Part shown: one piece after another, positions 1 through 15,199 of the stretch | Layout: every line of letters starts with the position of its first letter | Numbering within the stretch: position 1 is the stretch's first letter | Source of the DNA: Opitutales bacterium | GTDB taxonomy: Bacteria; Verrucomicrobiota; Verrucomicrobiia; Opitutales; Coraliomargaritaceae | Reading direction: 5' to 3' | Assembly (NCBI GenBank): GCA_049606355.1 | Contig: JBMYVL010000007.1 | Span: 1-25,305 of the forward strand | DNA: 25,305 bases | Program-made: the position numbers and the translations under genes | The notes under the pieces: generated by a model | What the model was told of the DNA's origin: nothing | Databases searched by the model: none | What the model saw: only the letters and a program-made list of their open reading frames with translations

Positions 1-1
1 T

Positions 2-511
2 CGCCAAATCGCTTTGGTTTCTCAAGAGGCGGTCCTTTTTGGCGATACGATTGCGAACAATATCCGCCTTGGGAATCCGAATGCAAGCGATGCGGACATT
101 GAGCAAGCGGCACGTATGGCACACGCCCACGACTTTATTGAAGCCCTAGAAGATGGTTACGAAACGCTGGTGGGTGAACGCGGCTCACGTCTATCCGGCG
201 GGCAACGCCAGCGTATTTCCATCGCTCGTGCCTTCCTCAAGAATGCACCCATCATTATTCTGGACGAGCCCACCTCCGCGCTTGACGCCGAGAGCGAGCA
301 CCAGATTCAAGCGGCACTCGAGGAGCTCTCCAAAGGGCGCACGGTACTCATCATCGCCCACCGCTTCAGTACGATTCAGCATGCCGACCGAATCCTGGTT
401 TTCGATCGCGGGCAGATCATTGCCAGTGGCACACACGCGGAACTTTATCCCAGCAATGCACTCTATAAGAGTCTCTACGACAAACAGTCGAAAACCGCTC
501 TCGAAACTTAA
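2..511 (+). CDS. ABC transporter ATP-binding domain, MsbA/lipid-export-like half transporter (C-terminal part; 5' end outside window)
   Basis: The reading frame is open back to position 2 ([24 protein letters not shown]). It carries the ABC signature LSGGQRQR, Walker [13 protein letters not shown] and H-loop IIAHR. Stop TAA at 509..511. Confidence 0.85.
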   Translation, partial: RQIALVSQEAVLFGDTIANNIRLGNPNASDADIEQAARMAHAHDFIEALEDGYETLVGERGSRLSGGQRQRISIARAFLKNAPIIILDEPTSALDAESEHQIQAALEELSKGRTVLIIAHRFSTIQHADRILVFDRGQIIASGTHAELYPSNALYKSLYDKQSKTALET

Positions 512-518
512 ACCAACC

Positions 519-671
519 ATGCGCACTCCCAAACGAATTCTAGGGTTCGTCCTGCTCGCTGCCCTACTGCTAAGCAGCTTCACCGGCTGTGCCAGTACGC
601 GCAGTGAAAATGGCGTGATGATTGAAAAGCAACGCAACTGGAACCCATTGGATTATATCCCTTACCTCTAG
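519..671 (+). CDS. putative small lipoprotein (50 aa), function unknown
   Basis: In-frame ATG at 519 inside ORF-track entry 153..671, 7 nt after the ABC gene stop. [26 protein letters not shown] has a basic n-region, a hydrophobic core and a lipobox-like FTGC. No family recognised, and the ORF is short, so coding status is uncertain. Confidence 0.4.
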   Translation: MRTPKRILGFVLLAALLLSSFTGCASTRSENGVMIEKQRNWNPLDYIPYL

Positions 672-3541
672 GGACTAAGGAGGGCTGAACCGCTGCGCGA
701 AAAGCACTGCTGCGTCGGCGTCTGGTCACCGAGCTGAAACTCGGCCGCACTGCCCGCATACACCAATTCGCCTCCGGCACGCCCGCCTTCGGGGCCCAGC
801 TCCAGGATCCAGTCGGCGCAGCGAATCACATCGAGGTCATGCTCGATCACAATGATGGTGTTGCCGGCGTCGCGCAGGCGAAAAAGCAAATCGAGCAAGC
901 GCTGTACATCCAGCCAATGGAGGCCCGTGGTGGGTTCATCGAGAATATACAAGGTCTCCCCCTGCTGCCGTTTACTGAGTTCAAGCGCGAGCTTGATGCG
1001 CTGCGCCTCGCCCCCTGATAGTGTCGTCGCCGGTTGACCGATTTTGATATAACCCAGACCCACATCGGCGAGCGTCTTGAGCTTTTCATAAATACGCGGC
1101 TGCTTGCTGAAAACCTCCAATGCCTCCTGTACACTCATCGCCAAGACATCGGCGATGCTATAGCCTTTAAAACGTACATCCAGGGTCTCGCGGTTATAAC
1201 GTTTCCCGTGGCAACTCGGGCACTCGTTGTACACGTCGGCCATAAACTGCATATCCAGCTTGATCACCCCGTCGCCCTTGCACCGTTCACAGCGGCCCCC
1301 GCTCACATTAAAACTAAAGCGGCTGCGTTGATACCCACGAATTTTGGCCAGCGAACACTTGCTGAAGAGGTCGCGCAGTTGATCGAAAAGTTTGGTGTAG
1401 GTCGCCGGGTTGGAGCGCGGGCTGCGTCCGATCGGCTCTTGGTCGACCTGTACCACCGAGCGAAATGCATCGAGTCCTTCAATTTTGGCATGGGCGCCGG
1501 GTATCGACTTCGCCCGATTGAGTTTAAAAGCGGCGGCCTTCGCCAAAATATCGTTCACCAGCGTGCTTTTACCTGAGCCCGACACACCGCACACTACGGT
1601 TAATAATCCGACGGGGAACGGTGCATCGAGCGCCTTTAGATTGTGCTCCCGCGCACCCAGCACCTGCAACCAGCCCTGTTGCGGAGCAAGCGTGGCGGCA
1701 TCTTTTTGTACCGCATCCGTGCCGGAAAGGAAATGACCGGAACGACTCGTCTTTGACTGAAAGGAAGCCTCGGGCGCGCCCTCAAAAATCAACGCGCCTC
1801 CTTCACTACCTGCCCCCGGGCCCAACTCGATTAAGTGATCGGCTGCACGCATCGTATCGGCATCATGCTCGACCACCACCACCGAGTTACCACGGTCGCG
1901 CAAGCCCAGGAGGGTGTTGATGAGGCGGCGATTATCCAAAGGGTGCAGGCCGATACTCGGTTCATCCAACAAATAAACGACCCCCACCAAGGACATGCCA
2001 AGCTGTGTCGCCAAACGAACGCGCTGCGCCTCGCCACCACTGAGAGTGGCATAGCGTCGATTTAAGGTGAGGTAACTCAAGCCGACTTCGTTTAAAAATT
2101 TCAAGCGTGAGGCCAGTCCACGTACCGCATCGCTCACCTCAGCGTAATCAGGACTCGCGGCCAAGCGCTCGACAAACGCGCAGGCATCACTGAGCGAGAG
2201 GCTCAAAAAGTCAGTAATCGCGCAGCCCTCGACGAGTACGCTCAAACTCTCGGCGCGCAAGCGACGCCCTTGGCACTGCGCGCAAGGACGACTCGTCTGG
2301 TACGCCATCAGCCGTGCGCGCAAGCCATCGCTGCTGGTGCTGCGGCGAGTCTTTTCCAGATCCACCAAAACCCCCTCAAACGGCACCATCTCTGGCTTAG
2401 TAGTCCCGCCCTTCAGCTTGAAGCTAAACAGCCGATCGCCGGTGCCGTGGATGAGTTGTTCCCGTACGTCTGCCGATAGTTCATCCCAAGGCAAGTCGGC
2501 ATCAAACGGCAGTTGCTCCGCCAACTGCTTCAGGAGCGCATTGCGCTTGATGATCATTTGCTTGGAACCCAAGCGCCATGGTTTGAGGGCACCTTTCTTA
2601 ACGGATTTAGATCCATCCGGTACCAACAACTGCGGTTGGAATTGTAAGGTTTCACCCAAGCCTCCACAGCTCTCGCACGCACCTTCAGCATGATTCCACG
2701 AAAAATGCCGTGGACTCAGCGCATCGTAAACCGTGCCGCAATTCACACAGGACAGGCGATTACTCAACGCGAACTCGCGCCACTCTGCAGCACTGTTCGC
2801 TTGCACCATCACAATCGCACGGTCGTCGCCTTCACTGAAGGCCAGCTCCAGCGAGTCGGCCAATCGGCTGCGTTGATCGGCTGCCAGAACAATCCGATCA
2901 ACCACAATCTCAACGGTGATCTGTGTCGCTTTGGAGTCGATTAAATCGCGCTCATCCAGTCGGCGCACCTCGCCATTGAGGCGCACACGCTGAAACCCAC
3001 GCTGCTGCAAACGGGGCAGCTCTTCGCGCAAAATCGCCGGCTTGGTGGTCATCCACGGTGCCAGAAGCATCAAGCGGCTGCCCTCCGGTTCGGCAAATAC
3101 ACGGGTTAAGCAATCATCCATGGAGCGACGCTCAATCACGCCGCCGTCGTGTGGGCAATACGCGGTGCCGCAAACCGCCCATAGCACGCGGGCAAAGTCG
3201 GCGATTTCCGTAACGGTGGCTACGGTACTGCGCGGATTTGCACCGCTGCCCGTACGCTGCTCAACCGCGATCACCGGTGAGAGCCCCTCGATGAAGTCGA
3301 CGTCCGGGCGCGGCAATTGTTCGAGCACCAGACGCGCCTTGGCGGACAAACTATCGATATATTTGCGATAGCCCTCTGCGTAAATCGTATCGAAGGCCAG
3401 CGATGATTTACCCGAACCACTCACTCCTGTCAGCACGACCAACTGATCGCGCGGGATCTTCAGATTGAGGTTGCGCAAATTGTGTTCGCGCGCGCCCTTG
3501 ACGGAAATAAATTCTGTGGGCTGTGCAGAAGGCGGGTTCAT
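668..3541 (-). CDS. uvrA: excinuclease ABC subunit A
   Basis: 957 aa. Two Walker A sites ([19 protein letters not shown] and [15 protein letters not shown]), two ABC signatures ([12 protein letters not shown] and [12 protein letters not shown]), and Cys-pair zinc modules (CVNCG..CESCGG; [17 protein letters not shown]). ATG at 3541. Confidence 0.97.
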   Translation of the reverse strand: MNPPSAQPTEFISVKGAREHNLRNLNLKIPRDQLVVLTGVSGSGKSSLAFDTIYAEGYRKYIDSLSAKARLVLEQLPRPDVDFIEGLSPVIAVEQRTGSGANPRSTVATVTEIADFARVLWAVCGTAYCPHDGGVIERRSMDDCLTRVFAEPEGSRLMLLAPWMTTKPAILREELPRLQQRGFQRVRLNGEVRRLDERDLIDSKATQITVEIVVDRIVLAADQRSRLADSLELAFSEGDDRAIVMVQANSAAEWREFALSNRLSCVNCGTVYDALSPRHFSWNHAEGACESCGGLGETLQFQPQLLVPDGSKSVKKGALKPWRLGSKQMIIKRNALLKQLAEQLPFDADLPWDELSADVREQLIHGTGDRLFSFKLKGGTTKPEMVPFEGVLVDLEKTRRSTSSDGLRARLMAYQTSRPCAQCQGRRLRAESLSVLVEGCAITDFLSLSLSDACAFVERLAASPDYAEVSDAVRGLASRLKFLNEVGLSYLTLNRRYATLSGGEAQRVRLATQLGMSLVGVVYLLDEPSIGLHPLDNRRLINTLLGLRDRGNSVVVVEHDADTMRAADHLIELGPGAGSEGGALIFEGAPEASFQSKTSRSGHFLSGTDAVQKDAATLAPQQGWLQVLGAREHNLKALDAPFPVGLLTVVCGVSGSGKSTLVNDILAKAAAFKLNRAKSIPGAHAKIEGLDAFRSVVQVDQEPIGRSPRSNPATYTKLFDQLRDLFSKCSLAKIRGYQRSRFSFNVSGGRCERCKGDGVIKLDMQFMADVYNECPSCHGKRYNRETLDVRFKGYSIADVLAMSVQEALEVFSKQPRIYEKLKTLADVGLGYIKIGQPATTLSGGEAQRIKLALELSKRQQGETLYILDEPTTGLHWLDVQRLLDLLFRLRDAGNTIIVIEHDLDVIRCADWILELGPEGGRAGGELVYAGSAAEFQLGDQTPTQQCFSRSGSALLSP

Positions 3542-3604
3542 CAGTCGTAGCCCTTAGCAATACGCATCACGCTGAGTGGCGCAAGGAATAGAAGCGATTC
3601 GCTC

Positions 3605-3621
3605 GGGTACATTGCGTACCC
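3605..3621. promoter_or_regulatory. 17-bp perfect palindrome GGGTAC-N5-GTACCC in the uvrA/glutaredoxin-like divergent intergenic region (candidate operator; function unproven)
   Basis: gggtac (3605..3610) and gtaccc (3616..3621) are exact reverse complements separated by attgc. The element lies 64-80 nt upstream of the uvrA ATG and 86-102 nt upstream of the 3707 ATG. Confidence 0.2.
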
Positions 3622-3706
3622 TTCGGTGTGCGCATCCACTATCAGTTGGGAGCATTTCACTCGAATTAGCATTGTCAGAACCGCGCCAGCCAATACCCTG
3701 TGCAAT

Positions 3707-3994
3707 ATGAACCGTACGCAAAAACCCATCCTTTACGTAAAATCCGGATGCCCTTGGTGTCGTGAAGCGCTCAGCTATTTCAATAGCCAAGGGGTGGACC
3801 TCGATGTTCGCAACGTCAGCAAAGACCCGAAGGAGATGGACGCGATGGTAACCATCAGCGGGCAAACCCTAGCGCCGACCTTCGAATACGATGATTTCGT
3901 CGTTGCCGACTTTTCAGTCGATGAGTTTCTCGCGGAACTGAATGACTTCCCCGAGGTTCGCAAAAAACTCGGGCTCGCCGACGCCGAGCGCTGA
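3707..3994 (+). CDS. glutaredoxin-like thiol-disulfide oxidoreductase (CPWC active site)
   Basis: The internal ATG at 3707 of ORF 3626..3994 gives 95 aa. ILYVKSGCPWCREALSYFNSQGV is a thioredoxin-fold beta-strand followed by a CxxC helix, typical of Grx/NrdH/YruB-like proteins. The longer ORF start adds a non-conserved-looking leader. Confidence 0.75.
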   Translation: MNRTQKPILYVKSGCPWCREALSYFNSQGVDLDVRNVSKDPKEMDAMVTISGQTLAPTFEYDDFVVADFSVDEFLAELNDFPEVRKKLGLADAER

Positions 3995-4064
3995 GGACCT
4001 AGCCTTGCTTCACGGCACTTGGATCCGCGGCAAGGCGCGCCTGCGCACCCACTGAAGTGTCGCC

Positions 4065-6332
<2,268 letters not shown>

Positions 6333-6336
6333 CTAC

Positions 6337-7524
6337 TTAGAGGCTCGCGCAGAAGCGGGTGATACGCTCGATACCCTTCTCAATCATTTCGTCTGCAATC
6401 GCGTAGCTCAGACGAATATAACCGGGGGCGCCGAAACCTTCGCCCGGAACCAAGGCAACCTTCTCCTCTTCAAGGATGCGACCGGCAAAATCGTTGGCGC
6501 TCAAACCAAAGGACTCGATGTTCGGGAACAGATAAAACGCACCTTGAGCACGCGGGCACTGGATGCCGTCGATCGCACTCAAGCCTTCGAGGAGGCGTAA
6601 ACGACGACGATCAAAAACTTGCAGCATCGCATTTACGGCAGCCATGGACTGCTCCCAATGCTCCATCGCTGCGAGCGCACCATACTGAGCAAAAGTGGTC
6701 GCATTGGAACTGGTTTGGCTTTGAATACTGGCGACCGCTTTGGCAATCGGCAACGGCGCCATCAGCGTGCCCAGTCGCCATCCTGTCATCGAAAACGTCT
6801 TGCTGAATCCAGAAACGGTGATCACCGAGTCCGCTGCCTCCTTGGAGAACGAAGCTGGGCTGACGTGCTGGACACCATCATACAACAAATACTCGTAGAT
6901 CTCATCCGACATGATGTAGATGCCCGCTTCAACCGCGACTTGAGTGAGTGCTTCCAATTCGGCGGGCGAATAAATGGCACCCGTCGGATTGGACGGACTG
7001 TTCAGTATGACCATGCGTGTCTTCGGCGTGATCGCCTCGCGCAATTGCTCAGGAGAAATTTTGAAGCCTGCATCGGCACCGGCGAAGATACTCTTGGGGG
7101 TACCGCCAGCCAGTTTAACCATTTCCGGGTAGCTCACCCAATAAGGTGCAGGGATAATCACCTCATCACCAGGGCTGACCACCGCCAAGATCGCCAGGTA
7201 GCAGGAATACTTACCGCCCGGGCTGACGACTACTTGAGCTGCCTCGACCCCTTCGACTCCATTATCGCGACGGTACTTTTCCGCGATGGCACTGCGTAAC
7301 GCTGGCAGACCCGGTGCCGGTGCGTATTTCGTCTTACCCTCGCTGAGTGCCTGCACACAGGCTGCCTTGATGAACTCAGGAGTATCAAAATCGGGTTCCC
7401 CCGCACCAAAGCCACAGACATCCTCACCGGCTGCCTTCAATTCTTTCGCCTTCGCATCCACAGCAAGCGTTGGCGAGGGCGCGATGTTTTCTGCCCAAGT
7501 CGATAGTTTAATTTGATTAGCCAT
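6337..7524 (-). CDS. pyridoxal-phosphate-dependent class I aminotransferase, aspartate aminotransferase-like (Thermus AspAT type)
   Basis: Carries [14 protein letters not shown], the NSPSNPTG motif and the PLP-lysine motif [15 protein letters not shown]. It is collinear with Thermus-type AspAT from MANQIKLS. I chose the ATG at 7524 rather than the track start at 7545, which is a GTG buried in a terminator stem. Confidence 0.88.
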   Translation of the reverse strand: MANQIKLSTWAENIAPSPTLAVDAKAKELKAAGEDVCGFGAGEPDFDTPEFIKAACVQALSEGKTKYAPAPGLPALRSAIAEKYRRDNGVEGVEAAQVVVSPGGKYSCYLAILAVVSPGDEVIIPAPYWVSYPEMVKLAGGTPKSIFAGADAGFKISPEQLREAITPKTRMVILNSPSNPTGAIYSPAELEALTQVAVEAGIYIMSDEIYEYLLYDGVQHVSPASFSKEAADSVITVSGFSKTFSMTGWRLGTLMAPLPIAKAVASIQSQTSSNATTFAQYGALAAMEHWEQSMAAVNAMLQVFDRRRLRLLEGLSAIDGIQCPRAQGAFYLFPNIESFGLSANDFAGRILEEEKVALVPGEGFGAPGYIRLSYAIADEMIEKGIERITRFCASL

Positions 7525-7526
7525 AA

Positions 7527-7580
7527 CAATAAAAAGCGCTCTCACAGTTTCGTCCTTCTACGACGAATTGTGAGAGCGCT
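7527..7580 (-). terminator. rho-independent terminator (long hairpin plus U-tract), second of a tandem pair
   Basis: Perfect 12-bp stem agcgctctcaca (7535..7546) / tgtgagagcgct (7569..7580), plus inner 6-bp pairing ttcgtc (7549..7554) / gacgaa (7562..7567). On the minus strand it is followed by TTTTTATTGTT and then immediately the ATG at 7524. Confidence 0.8.
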
Positions 7581-7585
7581 GGATC

Positions 7586-7608
7586 AAAAACTTCTGCTAC
7601 GGCAAAAG
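7586..7608 (-). terminator. rho-independent terminator (short hairpin plus U-tract), first of a tandem pair
   Basis: Minus-strand RNA CUUUUGC-cgua-GCAGAAG (7 bp including one G-U pair, 4-nt loop) followed by UUUUU (plus-strand aaaaa at 7586..7590). It starts 34 nt after the stop codon at 7642. Confidence 0.6.
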
Positions 7609-7641
7609 CAAGCCTAGCCTAAGAATGCCACAGTAAAGGGC

Positions 7642-8523
<882 letters not shown>

Positions 8524-8623
8524 ACATAGCTCTCGTTTGAGATGCCCAAAAGCTGAGTCTGGTAGTCACAAAGTCAATACGAAATATTGCGAGCTAATAC
8601 GTAAGCACGAGCAGGAACAACCA

Positions 8624-9547
8624 CTATAGATCCTTAAACAAAGTACTCTCTAAAATCGGTAGCATGATTTTGGATACAGGGTCAAAAATCGAAGGATTTA
8701 AATCTATGCCGACAGCTGCCGACTTCACCCGAAACGTTGTACTGTCCTTGGTTTGCGTATCCTTCAACGATACTTCCCGAACGATCCATTGGTCCTGCAC
8801 TTTAGCAAAGCTTCTCGCCTCAAAAATACTTTCAACCTCGGCATCGCGACCCACAACTTCTGCACGACGCAATGCATTGTACGTATCATCTAAAGCAATA
8901 CGCACGGCTTCGATCCCATTCCTGTTAGCCGACGACCCCTCGGGTGGATACATGCGGAACACCTGCACCGCACCCGCACGACCGATCCGATCCGGCCCTT
9001 CGTAGAGATAGTCCTGCCAATACACATAGGGCATTTGGAGATCGAAGGGGCGAAACAATACTTCGGGTAATATCGGCTGGAAGAGGGCCGCACCTTCCAT
9101 GCGCGCAAAACCAGCCTCCGCACCCTGGCGCGACCAAACTGCCGGATGGCTACCGTTTTGTACGATTAGCTCAACCCGCGGCACAGGCAACTGAACATCG
9201 CCTTCACGCACTACCGGTTGTAAGGCCACGCGACTGACAGGCCCGGTTGCAGACCATGAGCCCCACAAGGTGCCCTCATAGTAGACGTTGGCACCTCGGC
9301 GCGGCTTATGGATCAACTGAAACTGAAAACAATAATCACCACTGAGTCGCTGGTTGCGAAACGACTGGAGACGAGCATCACCTTCGAACGCGTCGATTCG
9401 CTCGGGTGTTTTAGATGGTTTAAATGTACCGGCTCGCTGTGCTTGAGCAACTGCTGGCACGCAGGCAAACAAAAGGCCAGCTGCGGCAATGCCGAAAACA
9501 GCTGACCTAAATTGAGATGAAACTATGTGTTTAAACGAGCGTCGCAT
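8624..9547 (-). CDS. exported hypothetical protein (possibly LolA-like fold; unverified)
   Basis: 307 aa. N-terminal signal peptide AVFGIAAAGLLFACVPAVAQAQ with an AxA-type cleavage site. No catalytic motif recognised. Its start ATG overlaps the secG stop (TAATG). Confidence 0.7.
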   Translation of the reverse strand: MRRSFKHIVSSQFRSAVFGIAAAGLLFACVPAVAQAQRAGTFKPSKTPERIDAFEGDARLQSFRNQRLSGDYCFQFQLIHKPRRGANVYYEGTLWGSWSATGPVSRVALQPVVREGDVQLPVPRVELIVQNGSHPAVWSRQGAEAGFARMEGAALFQPILPEVLFRPFDLQMPYVYWQDYLYEGPDRIGRAGAVQVFRMYPPEGSSANRNGIEAVRIALDDTYNALRRAEVVGRDAEVESIFEARSFAKVQDQWIVREVSLKDTQTKDSTTFRVKSAAVGIDLNPSIFDPVSKIMLPILESTLFKDL

Positions 9548-10005
9548 TAATTCGCAGCAGGCGCTGCCGCTTCAGTCGAAGGTGTCGGTTCATCCACCTT
9601 CACTTCATTCGACTCTACCGTCGCCTCGATGGTTCCCAACAAATCCTCGGCAGTCGTCACTTCGACAGTGACGCCATCCTCTGCCGGCGCCGTAGTCGCA
9701 GTTGCCTCAGTTTCAGGAGCAACCAATAAGGTGGCATCGGTCGCCTCCAGTTGCTCCTCCGCGCTGGCTTGGTACATTAAATACAGCACCAGTGCGACAA
9801 CGAAGAAACAGATGATGCCGTAAATCGTACCCTTCGTGAGCACGTTCGAAGTATCTGAACCGAAGGCCGACTCTGCGGCCCCACCGCCCAAGGCGGCACC
9901 CATGCCTCCACTTTGGCTCGTGCGCTGCATGAGTACCAGCAACACGACGAATGCAGAAATGAGAAGGAGAATTAACGTTAAAAGACTGATGAAGAGAGCG
10001 CTCAT
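9547..10005 (-). CDS. secG: preprotein translocase subunit SecG with an extended acidic C-terminal tail
   Basis: From the ATG at 10005, [66 protein letters not shown] shows the typical SecG two-TM layout with a Gly-rich loop. A ~73-aa Thr/Ala/Glu/Asp-rich tail follows. The track start at 10065 adds 20 non-conserved residues. Confidence 0.85.
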   Translation of the reverse strand: MSALFISLLTLILLLISAFVVLLVLMQRTSQSGGMGAALGGGAAESAFGSDTSNVLTKGTIYGIICFFVVALVLYLMYQASAEEQLEATDATLLVAPETEATATTAPAEDGVTVEVTTAEDLLGTIEATVESNEVKVDEPTPSTEAAAPAAN

Positions 10006-10171
10006 ACTAAGCTGCGGGTAGAATTGGAAAACCGCGGAGAATGGGCACTGCTTTCGCGAATTCAAGCGATAAATTAAACGGAATCCACGGCGGCGCCCAT
10101 CCAGCGGCGACCCTTACAGCAAAGTTTCGCTTTGACAGCACGAGAGTGGCAGATTTGTTGAGCTACCAATT

Positions 10172-10420
10172 ATGAAGTTGGTCGCCTATCAAAAACTACT
10201 CAGCAAAGGACAAATCACGCTCGGGGTTGTTCTATCGCTCGCTTTTTATGCCTTCATGTCGGTAACCTTAGTACCGTACACCTTTTCGCCGGATCCAGGC
10301 ATCGCGCAGTTGCAGGCTTGCTTTGCTGCCATTCCAATTGCAACGACCTTCTGGTTCGCGATCAATATGTTCATGATCGTACTCTCCGATCAGCGCCGGC
10401 AGAAAAAAGAAATGAAATAA
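10172..10420 (+). CDS. hypothetical small membrane protein (two predicted TM helices)
   Basis: 82 aa with two hydrophobic stretches (ITLGVVLSLAFYAFMSVTLV and FAAIPIATTFWFAINMFMIVL) and a basic C-terminus. A terminator hairpin follows about 20 nt downstream. No family recognised. Confidence 0.5.
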   Translation: MKLVAYQKLLSKGQITLGVVLSLAFYAFMSVTLVPYTFSPDPGIAQLQACFAAIPIATTFWFAINMFMIVLSDQRRQKKEMK

Positions 10421-10440
10421 ACGGCAAGGACTGCCGGATG

Positions 10441-10473
10441 CAAAACCGCCCCGCAGACCGTGGCGGTTTTTTT
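10441..10473. terminator. rho-independent terminator, probably bidirectional (serves ORF 10172..10420 on + and tatC on -)
   Basis: Stem aaaaccgcc (10442..10450) / ggcggtttt (10462..10470), followed by a T-run tttttttg on the plus strand. The A-run on the other side gives a short U-tract on the minus strand. It lies between convergent stops at 10420 and 10485. Confidence 0.7.
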
Positions 10474-10484
10474 GTGCCCATGGA

Positions 10485-11336
10485 TTAGTACTGATCCCAA
10501 TCTTCGCCACTCAGATCTGAATCCAAATCCACCGAGTCGCGTTTTTTCTCAAGGCGGCGGCCGACAAAAATCGCTAATTCGTACAGGCCGTAGAGAATGC
10601 CCGTCGTTAGCGGCAGCGACAAAAAATCGCCTCCTGGGGTTAAGCAGGCGGAAAACACCATCATGCCAACAAAGACGGCGCGACGCGCGGCCTTAAGCTG
10701 ACCCACGGTTAAGACTTGAATGAAAATTAGAATGATCAGGATCAGCGGAAATTGAAAAATCGCACCGGTCGCGAGCGAGAACCACACCACCATGTTGTAA
10801 TATTCCGAAGCCGCCAGCAGGACTTGGAAATCCATCAGCTGATTAAACTTTACCGAAACCGTGAGGGTGAGGGGCAGAATAATAAAAAACGCCACACCGA
10901 CCCCTGTAAGGAAGAGGACAAAAGCGGCGGTGCATGCGGGTCGAACCACGCGCCGCTCACGATCCGTCAATCCCGGCGCTATAAAACAGGCAATAAAGTA
11001 CAGGAAAAATGGCATCGACAGCACCAGACCTCCGAGCAAAGCGATCTGCACAAATACCGAAAAGACGCCCATCGGCTTATAGGTAATCAGCTTTTGCTCA
11101 ACGGCTTCAACGGACCCATAGGCTTGGATGAGAGGAAGCTGCAGGAAGCCGCCGATCTTAGGGAGTAAAACGACCACGATCAGGACCCCTAGTATAAAGG
11201 CGCCCAGACTGCGCGCCACTGTCCAACGAAATTCCTCGAGGTGCTCCAGAAATGACATCGCTGCAGGGCCCTCCTCCAATTTCGGATCGAAGGTCTTTGG
11301 ATGATTCTCACTCGCCCGCTCTTTTGTCATTTCCAC
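10485..11336 (-). CDS. tatC: twin-arginine translocase subunit TatC
   Basis: [18 protein letters not shown] is the conserved TatC N-terminal helix, followed by six hydrophobic segments. The start is ambiguous among GTG 11336, ATG 11330 and ATG 11258. Confidence 0.9.
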   Translation of the reverse strand: MEMTKERASENHPKTFDPKLEEGPAAMSFLEHLEEFRWTVARSLGAFILGVLIVVVLLPKIGGFLQLPLIQAYGSVEAVEQKLITYKPMGVFSVFVQIALLGGLVLSMPFFLYFIACFIAPGLTDRERRVVRPACTAAFVLFLTGVGVAFFIILPLTLTVSVKFNQLMDFQVLLAASEYYNMVVWFSLATGAIFQFPLILIILIFIQVLTVGQLKAARRAVFVGMMVFSACLTPGGDFLSLPLTTGILYGLYELAIFVGRRLEKKRDSVDLDSDLSGEDWDQY

Positions 11337-11541
11337 ACTCAGTAACGAGCTACCTTACTGCAAAGCAACCTAAATGCACCGACCTCGACGAGTGAAGTGT
11401 AATTGGATTGTGCACGGCTAAGACCGCTAATCCATTGACAGGCATTGCGAAATACATTTTCAACACGCTTTTTCATGTGTGCACACTGTATCCGGTAGGC
11501 GCACTCACAACATCACTAACCGATCCAAAAAGGTCGTTCTC

Positions 11542-14283
<2,742 letters not shown>

Positions 14284-14308
14284 TTCAGACGAACCACGTA
14301 TTCATAAC

Positions 14309-14340
14309 AAAGCCCCTCCGATTGGAGGGGCTTTTTATTT
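14309..14340 (+). terminator. rho-independent terminator downstream of ppdK
   Basis: 9-bp GC-rich stem agcccctcc (14311..14319) / ggaggggct (14324..14332), 4-nt loop gatt, then tttttattt. Confidence 0.88.
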
Positions 14341-14447
14341 GCTGCTGAACATACCTTTACGGGAACTGCACGCAAAGCAGCGTTCGCATCGGTTGGCAAC
14401 AGGAACACACGACTCGACCCGCGGCTTGGCTTGGCAATCCGCCGAAG

Positions 14448-15029
14448 CTACTGGCGCAGGGTATTGATATCAACGACCGTCATACCTGCGCGTGCGGCAG
14501 CTTGCACACCCAATGCAGTGTCTTCAAAGGCATGACAGCGCTGCGGATCGACCCCGATCCCTTGCGCCGCCTTTAGGTACACATCCGGAGCTGGTTTGGG
14601 GTTTTCGACACAGTCCGCGGTAACGACCGCACGGAACCATTCACGAATACCCAAGGCGGTTAAAATTTTCTCGGCCACCCACATGGGGCTACCCGTTGCC
14701 ACTGCCATAGGGAGATGATCACGGTGGCGTTCCGCAATCGCTTTAACTTCCTGCACGGGTTGAACCTCCCCGACTAGGGCTTCAAATAATACTTCTTTTT
14801 CGATCGCTACCGCAGCCGCATCGATTGATTGCCCCTGCTCTTTTGCTAGCAAAATAATGATGTCGACTGCCGGCACGCCACCCAGTGCATAGAAGCGCTC
14901 TTCGGAAAAATGAATCCCGTACTTCTTCAGCGTTTGCGACCATGCCACGAAATGAGTCGGCATGGTATCCGCGAGCGTGCCGTCCATATCAAAGATGAGG
15001 CCATCATAATTGAGGTGCAGGTTATGCAT
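14448..15029 (-). CDS. HAD-superfamily hydrolase, subfamily IA (beta-phosphoglucomutase/phosphatase-like)
   Basis: HAD motif I in LIFDMDGTLADT (DxDxT), a cap-domain helical region, and a C-terminal FEDTALGVQAARAAGM motif (motif IV region). Confidence 0.85.
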   Translation of the reverse strand: MHNLHLNYDGLIFDMDGTLADTMPTHFVAWSQTLKKYGIHFSEERFYALGGVPAVDIIILLAKEQGQSIDAAAVAIEKEVLFEALVGEVQPVQEVKAIAERHRDHLPMAVATGSPMWVAEKILTALGIREWFRAVVTADCVENPKPAPDVYLKAAQGIGVDPQRCHAFEDTALGVQAAARAGMTVVDINTLRQ

Positions 15030-15199
15030 CGCTGTTCACTACGGGGCAACACAGCTAACAGGCAAGCTCAAGTGACTCTCCTTAGCCGATTACAGAGTTC
15101 AGCACCGCGAATGAGGGAACTGCCGCTGCCAATTATGTTTACAGTAGGCACAACGAACCCTAAATAAAACCACACCGTTAATCTGATTCCATCTATCTA

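Noticed and set aside
3542-3706. Canonical LexA/SOS box upstream of uvrA
   Set aside because: There is no CTGT-N8-ACAG, GAAC-N4-GTTC or TGTTC-N4-GAACA-type sequence in the region. Only the GGGTAC-N5-GTACCC dyad is present, and I report it separately at low confidence.
3995-4064. Hairpin gccttgc..gcaaggc (4002..4036) between the convergent redoxin gene and icd, considered as a terminator
   Set aside because: It has a 7-bp stem with a 21-nt loop and no U-tract on either strand, so it does not meet intrinsic-terminator criteria. It may still fold, but I cannot support a call.
11435-11440. TTGACA hexamers (11435..11440 upstream of ppdK; 10132..10137 upstream of ORF 10172), considered as -35 promoter boxes
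   Set aside because: No acceptable TATAAT-like -10 element occurs at 16-18 nt spacing in either case, and the promoter consensus of this organism is unknown. The evidence is insufficient for a promoter call.
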